From Macrostomum lignano (Eukaryota), in assembly GCA_002269645.1 (NCBI GenBank), contig NIVC01001557.1, positions 186,001-250,000 on the forward strand: a DNA stretch of 64,000 nucleotides. Direction: 5' to 3'. The translations under genes and the position numbers were made by a program. The notes under the pieces were generated by a model. The model did no database searches and was not told the origin of the DNA. It saw nothing but the letters and a program-made list of their open reading frames with translations. Positions 14,076-24,300 of this stretch are shown piece after piece (positions within the stretch are counted from its first letter, which is position 1; each line of letters starts with the position of its first letter).

Positions 14076-14930
14076 TCCACTCCCGGAATTCCCACGGGTG
14101 GTCCGTACAGCTTCCTGCTTGCTCAGGGCGAGTTGTACAAGAGAGCTGCCTCTTCCCGCCTCGCCGATGGCTCCAGGCTCCAGCTCCATGGGCTCCTCCC
14201 GGATAGTTTCCAGGTTCGAGGGCGGGCTGCCATAGGGCGGCATTCGCATTCTCGGCCCGGTTTTCTGAGTGGGCCGCAGTGGTGATACTGGGCTGGGGGT
14301 TGCTGCGGTTTTGAGCCTTGGCGGTGTCCAGCAGCTGCTTCGCGCGCTGAGTTAGACCAGAGAGGATAGTGTTCCGGGCGGGTTTCCGGCCCTCTTCACG
14401 TCCGCCTGTTGCTGCAGCTTTCGCGGCTTTCCCCTTAACGGGGTCCACGTCCTCGGAGGGGTCGTGGCGACCGGGAGCTTCTTTTCCTGGGCGTTTCCGC
14501 CCGGCAGAGCCCCCGACTGCCCGCTTACGCTTCTCCGGGGGCGGTGGACGGGTGGCGTCAGACTCAAAGCTAAAGAACTGAATCTGCATCAGCCCAACAG
14601 AGATAAGGGACATGTCCGGATAGCGGAGCATCCAGCTATCCGACAGTCCGAGGATTGCCGTGAAACCGTCTCCGCCCAGCTTGGAGATGGTTCCATGAAC
14701 CACGACGCCATTTGCCGGCAGGGCCGGATTGGTTGCCAGCAGCAGGCGGCGCAGCTCGTCGGCGTTGGTGATGGCGCTGCGAGCCGGAATCCAGGTAACC
14801 GGGCTTTCAGCGTCTCAAGGAGCTGCTGCCCAGACTGGCTGTCGGCGGGCTGGATTTGGAGGGCCTGGTCTTCGACATTCGTCTTCAGGACTTGAATGAC
14901 GGTGCCGCTCAAGGCCATCCTGACCAGGTA
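14076..14930 (-). mobile_element. Degenerate gag/ORF1-like fragment of a probable non-LTR retrotransposon
   Basis: GC-rich frameshifted minus-strand reading: ...LETLKARLPGF / AITNADELRRLLLATNPALPANGVVVHGTISKLGGDGFTAILGLSDS...SVGLMQIQFF, followed by a basic low-complexity linker. It loosely resembles the '..EL..LL..QNP.L' ORF1 segments of I/Jockey/R1-type LINEs. It is truncated by the gap, and no RT is seen. Confidence 0.35.
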
Positions 14931-15882
14931 GGAGTCCAACTTCGGCTTAGTGGTATGGCCAGCGTGGAATAGTGTGGAATAATGGCCGCAAAGGTGTGGA
15001 ATAATGACTGCGCGCTGAGTGAAAGTATAAGTACAATGCACTTGTATAGTATGCAACTGAGTTGCTTTAACAGAGCTTTAGCAGAGCGCGTAAGCTTTCT
15101 GCATACGGCCAAAAATGCATATTTCATCCTTGGTTTTCAATTGTATAGGAATCGTGACTTCGAGACTCTTAAAATTTTACTGACAAGATAACCGTAGCTA
15201 GCATTTGTTTATATTTTTATTAATTCTTGGCTAAGATGACGAATCATATCAGTAAAACACTCCAACAAAAGTACATTGCTTGAATATTGTTCGAAGATCG
15301 AGCGATTTTAAAATGTGACAAAAATTTAAAAGTCCTACAAATCTGCAATGCGTCTCGATCCTATAGTATTTTGACTTTCGATACAGACTTCCAACTGTCA
15401 AATATATAAAAGTAAAAATTGCATCGATGTTGTAAGCCACCACAGGCTCCTACCATATTAGTGAATATTTGGATACTGTGGTATCCAACCCTTCTTTTGC
15501 CTAGCTTTCTTCAAAAAGTACGCAGTTTTCCATGCAAAAAGGCAATTGGACCACTTCAAAGATCGTGTAATTTTGGGGGGGACAATTTCCTAAAAAGAAT
15601 ATACACACCGCGGAGAAAGGAAAAATTCATTTTTTTCATCACAAAATCAATGATTGCATTTGATCTGGGGCAACAATTTCATTTCAAATATACTGGGCTT
15701 ATGAAATTAAAAGAAAAAAAGTATAAAAATGAAACTTTCGCTACCCAACTACGAGTATATAAAATAGCTACAACAGCGTAACATACTGTACATGCTAAAT
15801 TAATGAATAGCAATCTTTACTGCCCCAAAATTGACCTAAAATGACACTATCATTGAGTTTTACGTCCTGTTATACTATAATT

Positions 15883-16130
15883 TGTGTCCTTGAGCAAGAC
15901 ACTTAACTCTGCATTGCTTCAGTTCACCCAGCTGTAAAATGGGTCCCAGCATTAGCTGGGGTAATTCAGGGTGTGTGTGGCGACCCCCCAGTCCTTGGAC
16001 TCAGCCGTACGCAGCCTTCAGATGCGCGCGCAATAGCTGCACGGCTGAGCTGTCGGTTGCGCATCTGGCCTAATTGGGGCAGATGTAATCAATTATTATT
16101 ATTATTATTGTTATTATTATTAATATTATT
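15883..16130 (+). mobile_element. SINE with CORE-like domain and (ATT)n tail, apparently 5'-truncated
   Basis: tgtgtccttgagcaagacacttaac...cttcagttcacccagctgtaaaatggg resembles the CORE-SINE/MIR central domain. It ends in an (att)n tail. A second diverged copy lies at ~54878-55120. Confidence 0.7.
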
Positions 16131-16250
16131 CTACAGTTGTCCTTGATAAGTGGTTCAGAAAGTAAATGACTGTCAAGTATTCACAAAGAAAATCTTAAGA
16201 AATTGTTATCAGCCGTCAAATTCTTATTAGCTTCAACTTCTTCAACTTCC

Positions 16251-19200
16251 TCAACACGTCGATCCTTGAAGTTCTTGTTGATCTTCGAGTCTCAACAACT
16301 TCTCTCGAACTTCCTGGATCTTTTTAATGTCTTGGGCCTCTATGGCAATGTGTCTCTCGTTTCTGATAATCTCCAGCTCTTTCAGACAAAATTTTAGGTG
16401 CTCGTAACAGTCGCTGTAGTGAGCCAGAGTGCACAGTTCTTCCAAGTCAGGGTCTTCTTGAAGCTCCTTGAACCATCTTTCAACTAGAGCTTCTTTAAGA
16501 TCATTGAGCAGCTCAGCTTGGAGACTCCAGCTCAAGCAGCGGAAGTTCACGTACAGGTGGGAGGAGCGAGGCTGCGACAGCCTGGCTGTGAACAGACTTT
16601 GCGTGAACTCAGGCAGGTAGGACAGGCTCGGCTGGGTATCACAAGCGAAGCAGAACCTCCACGCCCAATCCAGGTTCATGGGAATGCCTGCCCAGTTGAT
16701 ATAGTTTTTCTCCAAGAGGCGCATCCTTTCTATTTCAGTTGGCCTCCAGCTTCTCTTAATGCAATGATCTGTCAGCTGCATCGCAATTTCCTTTGCTCTG
16801 GCAAACTGATCGAATTTCCAATGCGCCATGATGGCCAAGCATTTCGATGCGCACCTGCAGCACTCTAGCTGACTAAGCCAATCGAGCTTGCGCATCACTG
16901 CATGTCGGTTACCGCAGTCTGACATCAACTCAGCCAGGCACAGGTGCACGGTACTGTACGCTCCTGACAGTAGCGTGAAGTTTTGAGCCTCTGATGGACA
17001 GCCGTCAAAGATTTCAGCATGCGTGCACTCACGCAGTTGTCTCAAGGGCAACAAGCAAAACGGATGAAAGTAAAAGTTTCGTGACTGAAGTGGCCTTAAA
17101 AGTGTTCGAATTTGCCCAATCACATCGCTTAGGTCGTTTCTGAGCTCGCACAGGCGGCCTCGAATCCTAGCCTTAGTGTCCTGGAAGTCCCCACCGACTC
17201 CTGCGTTTTTAAAATAGAGACCCGCAGCGTCGGGCATAAAAAAATGCGGCATACACTCATCGGATGATTCCCGAGAGTTAATGAAGTCCAGCATCATTCC
17301 GATGGACTCCCTCAGTAGGCAGATCAAGTTCACGAATTCCCATTTGGAGGCATTGTGCATTCCATGCTTCTCAAGCATGAAGAAGAGCAAAGTTTTAGCA
17401 TGGTAAGTTTTGAGTCCCGGTGTAGCCAGAGTGTGCGGCAAGTATCTTTTGAAGATAAATTTAATGATGACGAAGAGCTGTCCCTGGACTGTATTGAGGT
17501 TCCTCATGATTTGCTTCTCGTGGAAGCTGAAGCTCACTCTGAGCTCGTTGAACTCATTCGGACGGGTAGCTCTAACTAGATGGACGTTCGGCAAGAGTTG
17601 GTTCGGTGCTGGCAGAAGCACTCGAATTCGCTCTTCGAAGTAGACGCTGCAACACTGCACTGCATGACATGCGTCCTGAGCGGGCCGCGCACCGCTTGCA
17701 GGTGCTGATACTGCTGGCTGACAGCCTGATAGAGTTATTTAACGGTATATATTTAAACATTGAAAATCTTATTCTCAATTATACTCGTATCAATAATAAC
17801 TAACATTATTTTTGGTATTTACCTGCTCCAGAATCGACAAGTGCATGACCTTGGACAACATTCAAAGGTCTGCTGTCCATTCGTGACCGATTACACTTGC
17901 ATCCACCCTCCAAATGGAAGACTGGCTCCTCAACCAAGAAAGTCCAATCAATGTCCGAGTCGGCAGCTGTCTTGCCATTCACTTGGGCCAAACTGTTGGC
18001 CCAGCCCTCCGCAAAGCTGCCAGTGATGTTGCAACCATTTACTGATAAACCTCGAGCCACGCCGTCGAGCAACTCAGCCAGGCACTGCTGCAGTACCGCT
18101 CTTTCCCGTGTGAATCCTGCCAGACGAAGCAGCTGGTGGAGAGATTCGCTAAGCTGCCTGTCTCTCTCTGCATTGGGGATCCTGAAAAGAAAATTTTGAA
18201 CTGCAATAACTTTGAGCTGGCTGGGAGCATAATCAGGGATTCCTATAAGACTAGCAGATTTTGCGAGCGTGCCAAATGACTTTCCGTTCCCTTACGTAAT
18301 CCTGTTGTTTAACTGAAGTGTTAAAGAATTGTATCTGTAGTGTGTGCTCAAGCGTATTCAATGGCATGGAAATTCCAGGCTCTGTGTATTCTTCTGTGGC
18401 TTGCATTAGCTCTGCCAAGCCACAAATGAAATCAGGCACGCGTGTATCTATGCATTGGCTATGTACGTGAAGTTACCAGTTATACTATTTGTTGTTCTTC
18501 TTAGGGTGTGCCCTGATTTATTTTGCTTAATGTCGATTTTGTAATTCTATAATACAGTTGTAGAAAGAACTCACTTGGCGCTTTCTTTATTCTTTCCAAG
18601 AAATATTATTAGCTGCGGATTCTGATCGGCAAGCTGCTTGCACGTTCGTCCTCTGCCGTCGCAATGATTGATGTCAGCTCCCCAGCTGATCAGAGCTTTC
18701 ACCGCCCTCACGTGGCCCTCCTCGCATGCCCGGGACAAGGCTGTCCTGCCCTGCCTGTCTCGGAGGTGTACCGATGCACGGGCATTTAAAAGCAGCTGGA
18801 TAAGCTCGTGATGACCATTTTCAGATGCCAGCATAAGAGCGGTGGCTTTAGACGCGTCCTGCTGATTGACCAACTCGCTGCTGAAATACTCTGAGTTAAT
18901 TACTGCGCGCGCCAGAGCGACGTAGTCGTAGGTTAGAGCAAGAAAGAGCAGCTGAATGATCTGAGTGGCCTGCATGCCAGCCAGGGTGCGACTTAACCAC
19001 GAGTTGTCGCCGGAAATCGCCTCATTCGACAGCATGCCAAGCAAAGGCGAGTTCTCGGCCAGCCAGTGAGGGGGGATCCCAGCTGCTTCGGCCCCATCGG
19101 AGCCGTTCGGTTCCGCTCTCGAAGAATTTGATTGAATTGTTTTCAAGATGTGACGCAACATTTCCGGTTTGGCTGTACTTGCCTGTGCCGCAGTCATCCA

Positions 19201-21375
19201 GAACTGATCGCGCAGCCAGGCATCCGGGATCTTTTCAGCGATGCTAAAAATTTGACTCCCTTCGTTCACCGCTGATTCAGCTATTCGCCTGCATATAATT
19301 ATTTTGTATGGCTCAGATGCAACCTGCAATAACTTTGTGGCAACTTTCCATTTACCTCGATAAATGGCGGTGTTAGCGAGCTTGATGGAGAGCTGGTCTC
19401 TCTTATCCTTGTCCTCGATTAGTTCAACAAAGCGTACTGCATCGTTTAGTTTCATTTCGTCTGCAGTTTCATAGCGCTTTGCGCAATACTCGTCTCTTCG
19501 AATGCCATCAGTAACCGCCCGCAAACACAGAATTTCGGCTTCCAAATAAATTCGGCTTCGGCTTTCGGCTTCCATTGCCTCCGCCTCCATTGCTGCATCA
19601 AAGCAGCATTCATTTTTAAGCACTTCGCTGGAAATTTGCTTAACCAGGAAGTCAAACAAAGCCAGTCGATTCCAAGCTGCAGCGTGCATTGCGGCATTTC
19701 TGCAGGACTCATCTTTGAGCTCCTGGCAGGTAATTTTTCCAACGAGGAACTCCACTACTTCGTAATGACCGTGTATCGCCGCAGTTTGAATAGACTTCTT
19801 CAAGCATTCAGGCGTCAGATCTTCTGTTGCCACGTGCTGCAGCAGAAATCTCACTGTATCGATATTTCCTGATTGTGAAGCAGACTCCACAGCCTTCATG
19901 CTGCATTGGCTTCTAAGGAATTCGTTCTGCATAGCTTTCACCAGGCTCTTTACAGTCTCCCATTGATAGAATTTAGCAGCGAGATCGATAACGCGGCTGC
20001 AACACTGGTCTCTTGTCACGGGCTTGGTGATTTTATTTATTTTGGAAATAGCGTTACAAAAGTTTTCTCTTTTAGCTGCCAACTCGGCAGCAGCTTTGAG
20101 GTCTTCGTCAGAATCAAGGTTTTGATAGGCTGCGCCTTGAACTAAGGAGGTTATTTCCGCGCATTTTTCATGAAAGTCAGCAGCGGTCTTGTCCAGTGAA
20201 AAAATCGTAAACAAAGAATTCTTCACTTGAACCTGATCGAAGCCTTCATTGACGGCACAGTCCACGTAGGTACGACAGTACTGATGTTTCGTAGCTTCAT
20301 CGGAAATGCTCCCGATTAGAAACTCGGCAACTGCAAAATGCCCTTTTCTGATGGACGGCTCCACCGAGGTCTTGCAGCACCGCTCCTTCAGGTCAGGATC
20401 GGATATTTGCGGCATTAGATACTTGACGACTGCTAAGTGGTTGTAAATTGACGCAAAACAAACGGCTGATGCGCAGCCTTCATCCCTGACGCATTCGCTA
20501 AGTCTGCGTTCTACTAGGAGAGTCGTCGACTCCAGCTGACCGTACATGGCTGCGTATTGTAGCGCCATCAAGCAGCATTCGTCTCTACTGTCTTCCAACG
20601 CAAAGTTCTCGATGGCAGTGAGAAACTCTAGAGAGCCTATGTCGCCGTGTTTTGCAGCGTGTTTTGCGGTTAAGATGCAGCACCGGTCACGATGTGCGTC
20701 AGAAATTGTCCTCACGATAAATTTGCAGACTTCCATGTGACCCCCACTTGCAGCTGCTTCAGCGGCCTCGATGCAACCAGAATCTCTCAGGTCTTTGTTT
20801 ATAATCTGAGGCAAAAGGAACTCAACCGCTTCAATTTTGCCTGCCCTTGCCGCGGCCTTCGTCGCCTGTACCTGGCTGCGATCTCTGAGTGATTCATCCG
20901 ATATGGCTGTCGAGAATTCTCTAACTTCTGTCATTGCATTGAGTTCTGCAGCACTCAGAACAATCTTCGAGTACACTATTTCTTTCAGTGTTACATCTGA
21001 TATTGTCTGCACTAGGAAGTTTACCAGTGACCAATCAGTTTGTTCTGAGACATGTACTTGTACTTGCTCAATGACCCGCGCACAGCACCTATCCTTGCTT
21101 CTCTGATCAGAAATTGTCCTAACGAGGCAAATCACAACTCCCGGATGTCTCAGCAGCTCTGCTTTTGTACTCAACTGATTGAAGCACCAACTGTTCCGCG
21201 AACTTGGATCATCAACGCTTTGCAAAAGATAAGCCACAACGTCCAGGTGCCCATTGTTGGCCGCCGATTCTGCCGCCGCCAAGACAATCAAGTTGCGTTG
21301 GCGACTTGCTGCTGGCAATGCGGCAAGCTGCCGCCGGAGTTGCCGAAGGTTTCCAGCAGCAGCCGCACGATGCAT
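16251..21375 (-). CDS. Ankyrin-repeat / cGAS-like (Mab-21 family, cGLR) nucleotidyltransferase fusion, 3 exons, predicted 1544 aa
   Basis: Exons 21375-18575 (2801 nt), 18181-17823 (359 nt) and 17725-16251 (1475 nt) total 4635 nt = 1545 codons. Intron 1 is AA|GTGAGT...TTTTCAG|G (phase 2); intron 2 is GCAG|GTAAAT...TATCAG|GC (phase 1). NTase motifs: GSFAEGWANSL...DSDIDW, a third acidic QDACHA, ELRVSFSFHEKQIM, LKTYHAKTLLF, CMPHFFMP. Canonical ANK repeats (TALMLASENGHHELIQLLL, GRTALSRACEEGHVRAVKALISWGADIN) end exon 1. Confidence 0.88.
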
Positions 21376-24300
21376 GCTTTGATTAAACTTATTTTAAGAT
21401 TTTAGGGAAATTTAATCATTTGCTTGTGGTTTTATAACGCTAAGGCAGCCATCTTACGATGCTAATTTTCCAAGCAATGCTCGTGTGCAAGCCTCAGGAA
21501 AGATGGTTCGCTTGTCTCTATTGTCGAGTGGAAAAACTCTTAAAAAGAAAGAGAAGCGACGATAGTCTTTGCTTTGCTTTAACAATTGTGCACATCTTAC
21601 GAGCTATCTGAAGTTCGAACGCGTGGCCAATTCTGGATGGATTGTGCGGTACGTTCAGAAAAGTATGCAACAAAAAAACTAAATTTTTGAGGGAGTGATG
21701 GGGGCAACATGACAGCTGCTCTCTTTACCTTTGATGTACGCGGTGTGAGAGAGAGATTTGAATCGTAAAAAAATTACCCACATAAGCCCGAAAAAATGGC
21801 GCCATAAAAAAAGATCAGCAAAAAAAAGAAATTTCTGTGCACTCTACGAAGTTGCATATGAGAATTAAAAGGACGTGAGTGTGTACAGTGAAAGGGGGTG
21901 TCAACTTAAGCGCTAGAATGGAGCCAAGCAAGGCTCCAGACCAAACCGACTGGAATCGATAACTGGTCGGACCAGGTGACTAGAATCGCCAAGACATCTC
22001 ATCCCGGTCCCTTCCTTGGGGTCCCAGGGGATAAAGGGGATAAAATGGGGATCTCATGTCAACTTAAAGGTCCAGAATGGAGCCCAAAGCAAGAAAGGAA
22101 GCAAGGAGTTTTTGGAAAGAAAACTTGCAGCAACTATTTTGTTTTTTAATTAAGATGTACCGATTGGTCGTCGTGACGCCAGCGCGTCGCCACCGGGGAC
22201 AGGCCCAGTAATTTAAGCCCTGCACCCCACCCTTTGTGACCCGATGTGGAAATCAGTAATTTTGTTTCAGGGCACCAAAATGAGTTCATGTGGCGCCAAA
22301 ATGAGTGTCTGTGGCGCCAAAATGAATGCCTGTCTGTGGCACCAAAGTGAGTGCCTGCAGCGCCAAAATGAGCAGCCAACACCAATTCTCAAAATAATGT
22401 ACTTAACTTTTTGAGTCTTGGTTTTGACTTTTGAGTTGAGTCATGTACATTTACAATTAAAATTCTTGGCTTTGTCCCCTTACCATAAAATCCATGCCGA
22501 CGCCTCTGTCGTGACGTACATGAATAGAAGACGAGCCAAACACCAAGGGGCGATTATCCGATTATTATAAGGGGGACGCAAAGGGCGTTATCTCTCAATA
22601 TCATAAATACACATCGATCCCAGACAGTCCTAGATCCCAGATAGAACATTTGATTTAATGATGTCGCAATTTCGCAAAAGGCTAGTCCAGCTGGTTAACA
22701 CGCTGGTTTACTCAATCTAATTAAATCACATTAAACAACGGAAAAACGAATTCAAAAAGTTTAAACAAAATATAAAACACACGCAAAAATCTTCTTAACA
22801 GTTAGCTTTGTTTAGAATAAAACTTATTTTATTTTTGAAGCAATGTAAGATAATTTTATAGCGTCTAATAACTACACTTTAGTTGTAGTGAGTATTTTAA
22901 CTTTGATGTTTACTGTTTTTAAGATGATCGATCGATCACGTTCGATCGTTCTCTGAGCCTCTTCACGGCAATCGATTCCAGAACCAGAATCGGTTCGGAT
23001 TTCCAAGAAAAAAAGCTGTTATAACTATTTAAATTTGTTGAATGTTTGACTGCCTTAACAGCCTCACTTTGCACAATTTTTCACTTTCTTCTTGGCTAGG
23101 CCTATTGCGGCAGTATTGCCATTCGATAATCACAATTTTAAAGCACTAATATCCCTCTAGTTTACGAGACAAAAAGTTATACTTTACAAATTGGTTCTGG
23201 TTTTAGAACCAGAACAAGCAATATGAAGAGCCTCTATGAGTCTCGAGTTCAAATTATTCATCTAGCCTACTTCTATAGTTTTATGGCTTAAATGCCTAAG
23301 CTAAGTGATATTTATTAGTGCCTTACGACCATTTTGCTCTTATTAAAATGGATTTTTTCGTACTAATATGGCTGCATGGTATAATTGTATATAATAGGTC
23401 TATGCAAAAACTAGGTATTTTGTCTTGAAGAGTAGTATTGTAGTAGTAGTAGTAGTAGGCCTAGTTGTAGGCATAGCTGCAAAGACCTTTGTATTATCAG
23501 TTTGTTTACTGTGCTTTCAAGCAATACTGATTAACTAGCAAGATAGAATCAGGCATTGGCATGGTTATTATATACTATATAGACATTCTAGGAAAGAAAC
23601 ACAAATCGATTTCAATATACAAATAAACAATAGCATAGCTAGGATTTCGAAAGGGGGATAACTTTAAGGAACAAAATTGTAGACTAATAGAATAGTTCTT
23701 TTGTAATTTTTTCTAGTTAAAATGCATTTAAAAAGTAGGAGCCTACCAAAACTGTGTTTATTAGAACAAAAAACTTTGTTAAGCCTATTTTAGGAACTAG
23801 GGATTCATGGAAATATTGTTTAAAACATTTTAATAGTAGGCCCTAATTTAAAAGTGAAACAGGCCATTTTTCAATTTTTGGCAATTATAGTAGGCCTATC
23901 TGTTTTATTTAGATTTTTTTTCAAAAAATATTTTTGTTCTTTATAAATCATCAAAATGAGAGGGTAGGCCCATATATCCCCATATTAGCTAGTTGTTGAA
24001 ATAGAAGATCTTGGTTTCATTGTTTTTAATTTCATCATATTTTATGTTTTATGTTATTTTATGTTTAATTTATTTTTAATTTTGTTATATATAGCAGACT
24101 GCTAAGTGCTGCAATGCACTGCTAAATTTCTAATCTAGTTGATATAGCAAAAATACATTCTGCAGCAATAAATAATCTGCTAATCTGGCAACAGTAAAGG
24201 TAGGCATTGTCACAATTGACAATTGTCAATGTCATGTCTTCTTGTGCCTAAAAACCAGCATATTACTTACAATGATACAGCTTGGCTGATTATTTTTTTC

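Noticed and set aside
16251-18181. Bacterial CBASS / CD-NTase operon or contaminant
   Set aside because: It has spliceosomal introns, sits in animal genomic context, and has no operonic effector or cap genes.
18571-21375. Stand-alone 934-aa ankyrin gene plus separate Mab-21 gene, as the ORF track suggests
   Set aside because: The Mab-21 exon-2 frame is open upstream to a strong acceptor with no in-frame Met, and the phase-matched GTGAGT donor at the ankyrin end gives a simpler single-gene model. An ankyrin-only isoform remains possible.
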